From Patescibacteria group bacterium (GTDB taxonomy: Bacteria; Patescibacteriota; Patescibacteriia; Magasanikbacterales; GWA2-37-8): a stretch of DNA of 64,000 nucleotides. This document shows positions 1-9,442 of this stretch, piece by piece. The DNA lies in assembly GCA_028688375.1 (NCBI GenBank), contig JAQTYG010000002.1:3841-67840 (forward strand), read 5' to 3'. The position numbers and the translations under genes are program-made. The number at the start of each line of letters is the position of its first letter. Position 1 is the stretch's first letter. The notes beneath the pieces are model-generated. The model ran no database searches. It saw only the letters and a list, made by a program, of their open reading frames with translations, and was not told where the DNA came from.

Positions 1-344
1 TACCCGGCGGCATGTTGGAGACGATAAAAAAGTCTAAGGCAAAAATTATTTATGTCGCGGGCAATGCCTATCGTTTGGACGGAGAAACCGGCCCGGAAAG
101 ATTGAGCGATTTTGTCTGGCAATTGGAGCAATATTTACCGCGTCAGGTTGCTTGCTTAATACACAATAATCATAAGCCCAAAGGGGCGGAAAAGAAATTT
201 TACAAAAAACGAAAATGGGGAATTTTTGACTTTGACCGTAAGTATTTAAAAAACCACAAAATAATAAGCACTGATTTGGAAAGAGCTGGCGGGGGATTGT
301 GTGATATAAAATTAGGAAAAGTTTTTAAAAAAATATTACTTTAA
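1..344 (+). CDS. YvcK/gluconeogenesis-factor-like protein, C-terminal part (5' end outside window)
   Basis: Frame is open from the window edge; 'IKKSKAKIIYVAGN...GET...LSDFV..LEQYL' resembles the YvcK/CofD-family C-terminus. Confidence 0.5.
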   Translation, partial: PGGMLETIKKSKAKIIYVAGNAYRLDGETGPERLSDFVWQLEQYLPRQVACLIHNNHKPKGAEKKFYKKRKWGIFDFDRKYLKNHKIISTDLERAGGGLCDIKLGKVFKKILL

Positions 345-349
345 AAAAT

Positions 350-1240
350 ATGCTTTGTCAGCGCATCAAAATGAAAAATCCCAATATTCTTGCCGTATGC
401 CCGGACGCTGAGTACGCGCTTCTGGATTCAGGCGACGGCGAAAAATTGGAACAGTACGGCGAATTTGTCTTATCTCGGCCTGACCCACAGGCGCTTTGGA
501 AAAAGAAACTATCGGAAAAAGAATGGGCCAAAGCCGATGCGGTATTTTTGCGCGATGGCAAATCCACAGAATGGAAAATAAAACCTGGTGTGCCAAAAAA
601 GTGGTCGGTAGAATTGCAGGGACTGAAATTTTGGGTTAAACCGACTTCTTTCAAACACACAGGTTTATTTCCCGAACAATCCAGCAACTGGTATTGGCTG
701 TCAGGCATCATTCAGGCCTCCAAGAGGCCGCTGGAAGTGCTTAATCTCTTTGGTTACACCGGAGGCGCAACGCTCGCCTGTGCTGCCACAGGGGCGAAGG
801 TTTGCCATGTTGACGGTTCCAAAGTTGCAGTTACATGGGCGCGGGAAAACGCGGAATTGAATAATTTGCAGGACAAGCCGATACGCTGGATAATTGATGA
901 CGTTGTCAAATTCATAAAACGGGAAATAAAACGCGGACATAAATACGATGGTATCATTATGGACCCGCCGGCTTTTGGCCATGGACCGACCGGAGAAATG
1001 TGGAAGATTGAAGAAAATTTTCTTGCTTTGCTGGATGATTGTAAAAAAATATTGTCCGACCAGCCGGTCTTCTTTTTGGTAAACGGCTATTCCTCCGGTT
1101 ATTCGGCCATTGCCTACGAAAATGCCTTGCGCGATTTGTTGGGGGAACACGGTGAGATGGAAAAAGGCGCTCTAACTATCCGCGAACGCGATACCGAGCG
1201 ACTTTTGCCCTGCGGGATTTTCGCGCGGTGGAAAGCATAA
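350..1240 (+). CDS. class I SAM-dependent methyltransferase (RlmI/RlmK-like); start may be 371
   Basis: Motifs YALLDSGDGEKLE, FKHTGLFPEQ, VLNLFGYTGGA, DGIIMDPPAFGHG. Confidence 0.85.
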   Translation: MLCQRIKMKNPNILAVCPDAEYALLDSGDGEKLEQYGEFVLSRPDPQALWKKKLSEKEWAKADAVFLRDGKSTEWKIKPGVPKKWSVELQGLKFWVKPTSFKHTGLFPEQSSNWYWLSGIIQASKRPLEVLNLFGYTGGATLACAATGAKVCHVDGSKVAVTWARENAELNNLQDKPIRWIIDDVVKFIKREIKRGHKYDGIIMDPPAFGHGPTGEMWKIEENFLALLDDCKKILSDQPVFFLVNGYSSGYSAIAYENALRDLLGEHGEMEKGALTIRERDTERLLPCGIFARWKA

Positions 1241-1244
1241 TATT

Positions 1245-1715
1245 ATGAAAAAATTAATAATAATACGCGGTCCGCTTGGCGTTGGCAAATCAACTGTTTC
1301 AAAAATATTGTCTAAAAAAATACAGGCTGAATATATATCGCTGGATAAAGTTTTAGAAGATAATGATTTGGATAGCAAAGGCGGCATCCCTTTGGAAAAT
1401 TTCTTAAAGGCGAACGAAATTATTAGAGATTTAGGTGCTAAAAGTACGAAAACCGTCGTCCTTGATGGTTGTTTTTATTATCAGGAACAAATTGATGATT
1501 TGATGGCAAAATTTGATGGTGACGCGGCAATTTTTACGCTGATGAGCGGTGTTGAAACATGTATCCAGAGGGATTTAAAGAGAGAAAAAGTTTATGGAGA
1601 AGATGCGACAAGATTTGTATATGCGATTACTGCAAGGATTAGCTCTGGATATCAAATTGATAATAGTAATTTATCTGCTGAAAAAACGGTCGAAAAAATA
1701 ATGGAGAAATTGTGA
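1245..1715 (+). CDS. small P-loop nucleotide/sugar kinase (AAA_33-like)
   Basis: N-terminal Walker A GPLGVGKST, VVLDG Walker B-like, 156 aa. Confidence 0.75.
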   Translation: MKKLIIIRGPLGVGKSTVSKILSKKIQAEYISLDKVLEDNDLDSKGGIPLENFLKANEIIRDLGAKSTKTVVLDGCFYYQEQIDDLMAKFDGDAAIFTLMSGVETCIQRDLKREKVYGEDATRFVYAITARISSGYQIDNSNLSAEKTVEKIMEKL

Positions 1716-1718
1716 TTT

Positions 1719-2366
1719 ATGCCTTTTAAAGTTCTCTACGAGGATAATCATCTAATTGCCGTCTTCAAGCCGGCCGGTGTTTTGGTACAAGGCGATAAAA
1801 CCGAAGACCCGTGTTTAATGGACGACGTAAAAAAATATCTTAAAGAAAAATATAAAAAATCCGGTAATGTATTTTTGGGGTTGTTGCACCGGCTGGACCG
1901 TCCGGTTTCAGGGATTGTGCTGTTTGCAAAAACCAGTAAAGGCGCGTCAAGATTGTCCGAACAAATTAGAAATCATGAATTTAAAAAAGAATATCAGGCG
2001 CTGGTTGAGGGCGCGCTAAAAGAAAAAAAAGCGGTTCTGAAGAATTATCTTTTGCACGACGAAAAAACCAACAAGGCAAAAATTCTTGATAAAAAAATCG
2101 GCGAAGCGCAACTGGCGGAATTGTCCTATGAAGTAATGGAAACTCGCGGCAAAAATTTTTTGCTCAAAATTGATCTGAAAACCGGACGGCACCATCAGAT
2201 TCGCGCCCAGCTGGCCCATCTCGGCCATCCGATCGTCGGCGATATTAAATACGGCGCCCTGGCGCCGTATAAAGAAGGACAAATCGCCCTCTGTGCCAGC
2301 CGGGTTACTTTCCAAACCGCTACCGGAAAAGAAATGAAGAAAATAGAAGTCGAACCTACTTTTTAA
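1719..2366 (+). CDS. RluA-family pseudouridine synthase
   Basis: KPAG, HRLDRPVSG catalytic motif, TGRHHQIR, GHPIVGD. Confidence 0.93.
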   Translation: MPFKVLYEDNHLIAVFKPAGVLVQGDKTEDPCLMDDVKKYLKEKYKKSGNVFLGLLHRLDRPVSGIVLFAKTSKGASRLSEQIRNHEFKKEYQALVEGALKEKKAVLKNYLLHDEKTNKAKILDKKIGEAQLAELSYEVMETRGKNFLLKIDLKTGRHHQIRAQLAHLGHPIVGDIKYGALAPYKEGQIALCASRVTFQTATGKEMKKIEVEPTF

Positions 2367-3057
2367 GGTATCGTTGGCGTTTATTTTCCGGAAATTTTTC
2401 AATCGCGTACCGAAGCATGGTGCGCGGCATTTTTTTATAGCGCGGTTTTAGGTATTTTATCAAAACAGACACATTTTTTTTACCCACCTCGCGCAGCATC
2501 CAGCCGACGGCCTTGTGTATCAAATCGTGCGTATCCGTCAGTAATATGTCGGCGATCTTTAGGGTGTCATCAAATTTTTCGGCGCGGATGAAGGCCGCCG
2601 TCGCTATCATGGCAATCCGGCGCTCCCAAAGATTTTTGGAGCGCGCCAGTTTATATAGTATCTTCCGGTCGCGATTCAAAAGCCAAGCGCCGACGATGTT
2701 TGGCGCGGATAAATCAACTAAATCCCAGTTATTTATTTTTTTGGTATTTTTCAGATAAAATTTATGAATCGCGTTCCGCTGCTCCTGGCTGCCTTTGGTA
2801 TATTGCAAATTAAGTATTATTAGGCCGAGCAGGCGTAATTCATGATGGGGGTTGTTTATCAGTTTTTGGACATCGTTTAACGACAGAGACCGGTAATATT
2901 TTTTTGCCACCGATCTAGTCTGCGGCACCATTACACCTAAAAAAATATCACCCTCGCCGTATTGTCCTCGGCCGGTCTTAAAAAATCCCGCTAAAAGTTT
3001 GGCCTTTTTGGCGTTGGCGAGTTGTTTCATTTCTTTTTGGATTGCCATCATCGGCAT
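2356..3057 (-). CDS. DNA alkylation repair protein (AlkD-like)
   Basis: FFKTG..YGEGD.FLGV, NNWDLVD, DLIHKAVGWMLRE, MPRTMLRYAIEKF. Confidence 0.9.
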   Translation of the reverse strand: MPMMAIQKEMKQLANAKKAKLLAGFFKTGRGQYGEGDIFLGVMVPQTRSVAKKYYRSLSLNDVQKLINNPHHELRLLGLIILNLQYTKGSQEQRNAIHKFYLKNTKKINNWDLVDLSAPNIVGAWLLNRDRKILYKLARSKNLWERRIAMIATAAFIRAEKFDDTLKIADILLTDTHDLIHKAVGWMLREVGKKNVSVLIKYLKPRYKKMPRTMLRYAIEKFPENKRQRYLKK

Positions 3058-3127
3058 ATTGATTTTTCTTTATATCCAGCGTAAAATTCTAAATTAGTAT
3101 AACCCCTATTCAAGTCTCCCGCAAGCT

Positions 3128-4399
3128 ATGATCCAAAAAATTGTTGACCTCCATATTCATTCCCGATATTCGCGGGCCTGCTCGCCCAATTTGGAATTAT
3201 CCCAAATCGCCTTGGCCTGTGAGAAAAAGGGGATAGACATTTGCGCCACCGGTGATTTTACGCATCCGATGTGGTTTGACCATATTAAAAACACGCTGGC
3301 TGAAGATACTGTCGGTCTGTATAAATTAAAAGATGCCAGCTCCAAGACCCGTTTTATCCTCTCCACTGAAATTTCCTGCATTTACAAGCACAAAGACGCC
3401 ACTCGCCGGCTCCATTTGGTGATTTTAGCCCCGAATATTGATGCTGTGGATAAGTTAATTCGAGCTTTAGAGGCTAAAGGCGCCAATTTGCGTTCCGACG
3501 GCCGGCCGATACTGGGCTTGTCAGGCAAGGCCGTTTTGCAGATGCTTTTAGACATAGACAAACGATTTACGCTTATCCCGGCTCATGCCTGGACCCCGTG
3601 GTTTTCGGTGTTTGGCTCGAAATCCGGCTACAATTCTCTGGAAGAATGTTTTGAAGAATTAACTCCGCATGTGCGGGCGATTGAAACCGGTCTGTCCAGC
3701 GACCCAACAATGAATCATCGTTTGAGTGCCTTGGATAATATTACTCTGGTTTCTAATTCCGACGCCCATGGCTTGGAAAATTTAGGACGTGAAGCCAATG
3801 TTCTGGCTTTTGATAACGCCAAAGAAATAACTTACGCGGAAATAAAAAGGATTATTGAATCGGGCGACCGAAAAAAGTTTTTATATACCATAGAATTTTA
3901 TCCGGAAGAGGGGAAATATCATTTTGACGGCCATTTACCCTGCGCAGTCTGTCTGGCGCCGGCCGAAACAAAAAAAGAAAAATATCTTTGTCCGAAGTGC
4001 AAGAAAAAAGTGACGGTCGGTGTTTTACACCGAGTGGACGATCTGGCTGACCGCGCAGAAAAAAATATTCCGGCGGAAAAATTCATCCCGCATCGCTACA
4101 TCATCCCGCTGAAAGAAATTATCGGCAAAGTGATGGGTGTGGGCGCCAAAAGTAAAAAAGTCGAAGCCATCTATTCTGATTTGATAAAAAATTTAGGCAG
4201 TGAATTTGAAATATTATTACATGCCGACATAAAAAAAATTGAAAAACTTGTTGACGACAAAGACATTGCTTTGGCTATCGGGAATATGCGAACGGGGAAA
4301 GTGCTGTTGAAGCCCGGCTATGACGGCCAATACGGCCAAGTGGAGGTTTTGCCCGAAGGTAAGCATAAAAAAGGCCAAAGCCGGCTGTTGCTGGAGTAA
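3128..4399 (+). CDS. PHP-domain endonuclease Q-like protein (TIGR00375-type)
   Basis: DLHIHSRYSRACS, GDFTHP, PAHAWTPWFS, ETGLSSD, NSDAH, CxxC zinc motifs, PGYDGQYG. Confidence 0.85.
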   Translation: MIQKIVDLHIHSRYSRACSPNLELSQIALACEKKGIDICATGDFTHPMWFDHIKNTLAEDTVGLYKLKDASSKTRFILSTEISCIYKHKDATRRLHLVILAPNIDAVDKLIRALEAKGANLRSDGRPILGLSGKAVLQMLLDIDKRFTLIPAHAWTPWFSVFGSKSGYNSLEECFEELTPHVRAIETGLSSDPTMNHRLSALDNITLVSNSDAHGLENLGREANVLAFDNAKEITYAEIKRIIESGDRKKFLYTIEFYPEEGKYHFDGHLPCAVCLAPAETKKEKYLCPKCKKKVTVGVLHRVDDLADRAEKNIPAEKFIPHRYIIPLKEIIGKVMGVGAKSKKVEAIYSDLIKNLGSEFEILLHADIKKIEKLVDDKDIALAIGNMRTGKVLLKPGYDGQYGQVEVLPEGKHKKGQSRLLLE

Positions 4400-4415
4400 A
4401 AAATATCACGAAAAC

Positions 4416-4450
4416 AAAAATCCGCTCGCCAGTCGGCGAACGGATTTTTT
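4416..4450. terminator. bidirectional rho-independent terminator
   Basis: AAAAATCCG-CTCGCC...GGCGAA-CGGATTTTT hairpin between convergent genes. Confidence 0.7.
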
Positions 4451-4460
4451 AAAACACAAA

Positions 4461-4532
4461 CTATCTGCGTTTCTTTGCTTTCTTGGCTTTCTTCTTCTTG
4501 GCGACTTTCTTCTTGGCTTTCTTTTTGGCCAT
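4461..4532 (-). CDS. 23-aa lysine/alanine-rich basic peptide MAKKKAKKKVAKKKKAKKAKKRR (not in ORF track)
   Basis: Perfect AAGGAGGT Shine-Dalgarno just upstream of ATG, TAG stop, terminator directly downstream. Confidence 0.75.
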   Translation of the reverse strand: MAKKKAKKKVAKKKKAKKAKKRR

Positions 4533-4822
4533 ATTGGGCACCTCCTTTCAACCACGCTGAGAAGCGTGGCCTAAAGATGATTTTTTCTTACTCGCGATCG
4601 CGAGAAAAAATTTTTTTAAAGAGTTTATGCCAACAAGCATTGAGCACAAACTGCTTTCGACCTACCTATATTATAAAATGTTTCTTCGGAAAATGGAATA
4701 GCTAAGGGCAAAGTTATGCACAGTTATGCACAGGTGGTCAAAATATATAAATTTTACCATTTAAGTTGACGAACGCCGATTAATTTGTTTAAATACACGC
4801 ATATTAATGGTAATTTTAATAT

Positions 4823-5665
4823 ATGATTAATGAGAACCACGAGTCAGATGTCAGAAGAAACAAAGAGGTGGTGTTCGCTACCGAAGACGCCGATATCAAA
4901 GAGCTGTTGTCGCTCGGCGCGGCCGAGTATTTTAAGCGAGAATTTCCGGACCTTAAGCATGCTTTTTCCGAACAGCAAGCATGCGTTTGTTGCATGGATG
5001 AGGGTACGGCGCACAAAGACATAAACGGCGAATGGAAGTTGGCTTTGGCCGGTTCCGGCATTTTATACCCGGCGGCCAATGAGGCGGAGCGCCTGGAGAA
5101 GGTGGCAAAGATATTAATTGAACGCGGGGTGACGGACATCACCAGCCATAGCGGTTGCGGAGCGGCCGGTTTGGCCTATCGTCGTGATTTTCCTGACGCC
5201 GATACCCATGAGAATTTGGCGGAAAAAATTGAAGCGTACACCCGGGCGTGGGCGGATAAATTAGCGGAGAAGATTCATGATCTCGGACACGCGGCTGAAC
5301 GCACGCATATTATCGCCGAGGACATGGAACGACCGGTAGAGTTTCATAACGCGCGAGTGGTGTATTTTGACGGCGTCGGCGGATTTAATCCGAACAAAGA
5401 GATCGGCTTGCCGATGGGGTTTGTGATTGAACGCGCCTATCTGCCGGCGGAGTATACGGCCGAGGAATTAAAAGTGGCGGTGGACATCGCTTTCGGCCAT
5501 CACGGTTTTGGAAAATTATTTTATGCGGAATCGCCGTTTGTAATAATTGCGTTGGCGAAGAACGACGAACAGCTGAATAATTTAAAAGATGAAATTTCTT
5601 CCGCCTTAGCCGATAACGAAAATTTTGTTGGCGGGAAAATAAAAATTGATGGATTGATAGTGTAA
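4823..5665 (+). CDS. hypothetical metal-binding protein with carbonic-anhydrase-like CxD...HxxC motif
   Basis: CCMDEG...LAGSG...SHSGCGAA. Confidence 0.45.
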   Translation: MINENHESDVRRNKEVVFATEDADIKELLSLGAAEYFKREFPDLKHAFSEQQACVCCMDEGTAHKDINGEWKLALAGSGILYPAANEAERLEKVAKILIERGVTDITSHSGCGAAGLAYRRDFPDADTHENLAEKIEAYTRAWADKLAEKIHDLGHAAERTHIIAEDMERPVEFHNARVVYFDGVGGFNPNKEIGLPMGFVIERAYLPAEYTAEELKVAVDIAFGHHGFGKLFYAESPFVIIALAKNDEQLNNLKDEISSALADNENFVGGKIKIDGLIV

Positions 5666-5718
5666 AATTTTTGATTTAAATATAAAAATGACCGCGCGAG
5701 GCGGTCATTTTTATATTG

Positions 5719-5790
5719 TGCCCCCAGAGAGGATCGAACTCCCATCTTCAGGTTCGAAGCCTGATATTCTATCCATTGAACTATAGGGGC
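5719..5790 (-). tRNA. tRNA-Arg(TCG)
   Basis: Cloverleaf GCCCCTA...TGGGGGCA; anticodon arm TCAGG-CTTCGAA-CCTGA; T-loop TTCGATC. Confidence 0.95.
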
Positions 5791-5835
5791 ATATAGCACA
5801 AAACAGTATAGCATAAAATGAAAGAAAAATCAAGA

Positions 5836-6024
5836 TGGGGTCGCCAGGGATTCTGCCTCGACTCGCTCGGTCTTCCGACCTCGCAGTCTGGCCACCGCCG
5901 TCGTCGCAGGGATTCGGAGTCGTCGCCTTCGGCTCCTCCCACGGGAACCTTCGGGTTTCCGTGTACCCTCCTCGGCAATGCGGGGAAATTTTTTCCCCGC
6001 CACCCCTTTGTCCGAATCTCTGGC
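5836..6024. repeat. hairpin-rich element bounded by inverted copies of the tRNA-Lys 3' (T-arm) sequence
   Basis: GCCAGGGATTC (5843-5853), CAGGGATTCGGA (5907-5918) and inverted GTCCGAATCTCTGGC (6010-6024) match tRNA-Lys 6086-6100. Confidence 0.55.
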
Positions 6025-6079
6025 CAATCCAAAATAATATAAAAAATGTCCCAGCTTCGCGGGACATTTTTTATATATG

Positions 6080-6152
6080 TGGGCTGCCAGGGATTCGGAC
6101 CCTGGACCTTGTCCTTAAGAGGGACCTGCTCTACCAGCTGAGCTAGCAGCCC
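6080..6152 (-). tRNA. tRNA-Lys(CTT)
   Basis: GGGCTGC...GCAGCCCA acceptor stem, anticodon loop CTCTTAA, variant T-loop TCCGAAT. Confidence 0.92.
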
Positions 6153-6170
6153 GTGGTTGGTTGCGCATGA

Positions 6171-6288
6171 GTGAATCAAATGCCTGTTGAAGACAACCGC
6201 GGAGCGACGGCGACATAGCCGGAGTGAGCGTTAGGGCGACGAGCCCTCAGGCGAGGAGACCCGTGTCTGAAACGGGCATTTGATTCAC
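6171..6288. repeat. 118-nt MITE-like element with ~25-nt imperfect terminal inverted repeats
   Basis: GTGAATCAAATGCCTGTTGAAGACA vs reverse complement of TGTCTGAAACGGGCATTTGATTCAC (22/25). Confidence 0.6.
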
Positions 6289-6298
6289 GAATAGTTGG

Positions 6299-7063
6299 TT
6301 ACAACGGATCGCCAGGATTTCTTTTTATAATATTAATCGTCGGTCCTTTCCAGCCTTTAGCTTGCACCCCCATTTCCGCCGCCTCGGTCTGCGCCTCCTG
6401 TTTGCTCATACCTTCGCCGGTGGCTACCAGTTCTTTGCCGATATACACGCCGACTTTAAATGTTTTGGCGTGGTCCGGGCCTTCTTCGCTCATCACTTTG
6501 TAAGTCGGAGTCACCCCGAGCAATTCCTGCGCCGATTCTTGAAATCGGCTCTTGGCATCCAAATATAATCCATTTTCTAAAATATACGGCAATTTCGGCA
6601 ACACCCATTCGGCAATAAATTTCTTCGCCGCCTCATAACCGCCGTCCAAATAAATCGCTCCGGTGACGGATTCCATGGTGTTGGCCATGATATAATCGCG
6701 GGCTTTGGTGCCGGCGTCTTTGGCTTCGCCGTGGCTCAAAAACAAATACGGTTCCATGCCGATTTCATAGGCGATGCTGGCTAGGGTTTTAGCATTCACC
6801 AGCGCCGCGCGCCAGTTGGTCAATTCGCCTTCGGGGTTGCCGTATTCATTAAAAAGAAATTCAGTCACTACCAATTCCACTACCGCGTCGCCCAAAAATT
6901 CCAGACGTTCGTTATGTCCCAGCGGAAAATCATGATGTTCATTTAAATAGGAGCGATGAACAAACGCTTGAATCAACAATTCCGGATTATTAAAAGTAAT
7001 GCCGATTTTTTTCTGCAAGGCATCAAAATCTTTTTCAATAACTTCCGGTCTGTCTGTGATCAT
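6299..7063 (-). CDS. rnc: ribonuclease III
   Basis: [12 protein letters not shown] signature plus C-terminal dsRBD. Confidence 0.97.
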   Translation of the reverse strand: MITDRPEVIEKDFDALQKKIGITFNNPELLIQAFVHRSYLNEHHDFPLGHNERLEFLGDAVVELVVTEFLFNEYGNPEGELTNWRAALVNAKTLASIAYEIGMEPYLFLSHGEAKDAGTKARDYIMANTMESVTGAIYLDGGYEAAKKFIAEWVLPKLPYILENGLYLDAKSRFQESAQELLGVTPTYKVMSEEGPDHAKTFKVGVYIGKELVATGEGMSKQEAQTEAAEMGVQAKGWKGPTINIIKRNPGDPL

Positions 7064-7524
7064 ACATGTTTAGTTTCTTCCGGCTTTTTTTCCGGAGTAG
7101 CCGGCGCTTCCGGCGCCATGTTTTTATAAATCGCGCCTAACACGCCATTCACAAATTTACCGGATGAATGCCCGCCATAACTTTTGGCCAATTCAATCGC
7201 CTCGTTAATAGCAACTTTGGGCGGCACATCTTTGCTGAAAGCTAACTCAAAAATGCCCAGCCGCAGGATATTTCTATCCACCACGGTAATTTGGTCAATC
7301 GGCCAATCCGAAGCGTATTCAGTGATAATCTTGTCAATTTTTTTCAAATTGGCAACCACCCCGTTGATTAAACTGACCGCGAAATCTTTTTCCTGCAATC
7401 CGTCGCCGAATTCTTTGAGCGTATGCTCTAAAATTTCCGGCAAACGATTGGTGTCTTTTTCGCGGAAATCCCATTCAAACAAAGTTTGCATGGCGATGCT
7501 TCTCGCCAAATGGCGATTGGACAT
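7060..7524 (-). CDS. nusB: transcription antitermination factor NusB
   Basis: [42 protein letters not shown]. Confidence 0.97.
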   Translation of the reverse strand: MSNRHLARSIAMQTLFEWDFREKDTNRLPEILEHTLKEFGDGLQEKDFAVSLINGVVANLKKIDKIITEYASDWPIDQITVVDRNILRLGIFELAFSKDVPPKVAINEAIELAKSYGGHSSGKFVNGVLGAIYKNMAPEAPATPEKKPEETKHV

Positions 7525-7571
7525 AGGCTAAAGATCAAGATTTAAACGAAAATTTACTGGGGAGAGGGGCC

Positions 7572-7784
7572 TTACTTTTTGCCTCTTTTAGCGGTGCGGG
7601 CCGTTTTACGGCTGACGCTCAGAACCTCACGTCCTTTATAGGTACCGCAAAATCCGCAAGCGCGATGCGGCCTGATCGGTTTTTCGCACTTGGGGCAAGA
7701 ATTAATGGTCGTAGCGGAGAGCGCGAAGTGCGCTGCACGGCGGCGTTTGTGTGACGAAGTCCGTCGATGGCCTGGTAAACCCAT
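7572..7784 (-). CDS. rpmF: 50S ribosomal protein L32
   Basis: Basic N-terminus, CPKC...PHRACGFCGTYKGR. Confidence 0.95.
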   Translation of the reverse strand: MGLPGHRRTSSHKRRRAAHFALSATTINSCPKCEKPIRPHRACGFCGTYKGREVLSVSRKTARTAKRGKK

Positions 7785-7895
7785 ATATTTATTTTAATGA
7801 TTGATAAGTAAAATCGGCTGTAATTATACTATAAAATTAGCCTTTTGGCAAGAGAGGTTTTTTTGGCTAAAAATGGCGGCCGGGCAGAGGGGGGG

Positions 7896-7924
7896 TTGAC
7901 AAAAAGGTAAAAGTGTGCTATTAT
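7896..7924 (+). promoter_or_regulatory. sigma70 promoter of GC-rich cassette
   Basis: TTGACA-17 nt-TATTAT with extended TG. Confidence 0.75.
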
Positions 7925-8170
7925 ATTCAGTTAACAATTCAGACCGCCTGTTTCTGGAGAGAGTCGGGCGGACAAAAATGGCTTTAATTAGCCAAAGTTA
8001 TTGAAAAACTTCTCGTTTTACGGGGGTTTTCGCACCTTAAAATGGTTTTAGCGCTAAATAAAGGGTTGTCGTGTAGAGATAGTATCTGATTGATCTGTCT
8101 ATAGAAAAATAAATTAACACCAACCTTTTATTGAGCGCTAAACCCCCAACCAACCACCAAGGAGGAATCC

Positions 8171-8602
8171 ATGGCAAACGAGGATACCAACAAGTTCGCG
8201 TGCGTGGCTTGCGGTCGCCCCATCAACTCCGACGCGGCGAAGATCGCGGCGCGAATCCCGGCGCGCGACGTCATCGTCGCGAAGCTGGGGAGGGCCGACC
8301 TCACGGTCGCGGACCTCGGCAAGTTCGTCGTGTGCGGGGGCTGCGGCGTCATCGCCGACCGCAAGGGGGCCAAGACGGCCGCCTTCACGGCCGCGCTCGC
8401 CGCCGTCCGCATGGACGAGGAGGAGCGACGAGCCCTCGCGGCGGCGAGGCAGGAGGCGCAGGAGGCGGTGAAGTCGAGGATCGGCGACCTCTTCGGAGTC
8501 TCTATCGAGGAGACCGAGGAGGCCACGGTCACGACGATCACGCCGACGGCCGCGAGAAAGGTCAAGGAAGGGGGGCGGAAGAGGGTCCGCAAGGCCTCGT
8601 AG
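8171..8602 (+). CDS. hypothetical GC-rich protein with two CxxC pairs (zinc-ribbon-like)
   Basis: GGAGG SD before ATG 8171; strong GC3 bias; CVAC...CGGC. Confidence 0.7.
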   Translation: MANEDTNKFACVACGRPINSDAAKIAARIPARDVIVAKLGRADLTVADLGKFVVCGGCGVIADRKGAKTAAFTAALAAVRMDEEERRALAAARQEAQEAVKSRIGDLFGVSIEETEEATVTTITPTAARKVKEGGRKRVRKAS

Positions 8603-9340
8603 GCCACCGCCGCAACTGTGTGAGTCGTTCTTTTTCTAGAAAGAGAGGTCTGAATGCACTGGCCCGCGCTGTAGGTAACAGATAAGCGAGTGCCGGCATG
8701 GCCCCAACGGATCCGTCATCCGTCCGGTAAAATGACGAAGGCGACGCCGAGCGCATCAGTAACTCGGCACCCCAATTGCGTTTCTGAAGCGAATCGTTTC
8801 GGAGACACAACAGCGGTTCACAGCGCGAACAAAGGAGGTTCAATTTGAGCTGATGAGAAAGCGACGCGCAGCAAAAAAAGCGCGATGGCAACAATCCAAA
8901 TTCTCACCTATCAGGTGAACCAAGGAGGGGAAACCTCCCCGGAAGCCGAACCTAAGCAAATTCGGCAGTTCGTTTTCGTCGCCCATCATCCGCGGCGCTA
9001 GTGAGGGGGTCCTGTGCGACCTCCATGCCTCGCCGAAGCTACGGCTTGCGGCTGAACAGGCAGTGCGCGGCGCGCGGATCTGGGGTGCGCCGACGGCGGG
9101 TGGACATCGGTTGTTCTCCCGCCCTCAACAATCACGGAAGTGAAGAAAGGAGAGGTGGACCGGATGAATGCATTCGGGTTTACCTAGAGTGGCATGGGCC
9201 ACGCCACCGGCCAAAAACCGGGATGCGCTGCGAGGTCGTCTCGTCTGACCCGCCCGGCGCGCGGCGAACTAACTAAATGCTCTTTCGAGGTAGTCGTTCG
9301 AGTTCGAGGCCGGTCACAACTGCGTGACCGGCCGCTTTTA
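8603..9340 (+). ncRNA. candidate large structured non-coding RNA ending in a terminator
   Basis: No convincing ORF; many consecutive hairpins; terminator GGCCGGTCAC-N6-GTGACCGGCC-GCTTTT at 9308-9340. Confidence 0.4.
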
Positions 9341-9442
9341 TTTATTTGGCAAAGATACACCTTGACATTTTTTAAAATTGTATATATAATGGTGTTTAAA
9401 AATTAAACCCGCTACGAGCGGAAAAAAGAGGAGGAGGGAGAA

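Noticed and set aside
5836-6030. tmRNA or intron-containing tRNA
   Set aside because: Too short for tmRNA, no tag ORF, and no D or anticodon arm identified
5711-6179. ORFs across the tRNA-Arg/tRNA-Lys region and 52883-53242 over rnpB
   Set aside because: They overlap RNA genes
8849-8910. Hammerhead ribozyme suggested by CTGATGA
   Set aside because: No correctly placed stem II-GAAA-stem III could be built
8853-8918. 21-aa peptide MRKRRAAKKARWQQSKFSPIR
   Set aside because: The GGAGG is ~14 nt upstream, too far; unsupported without conservation data
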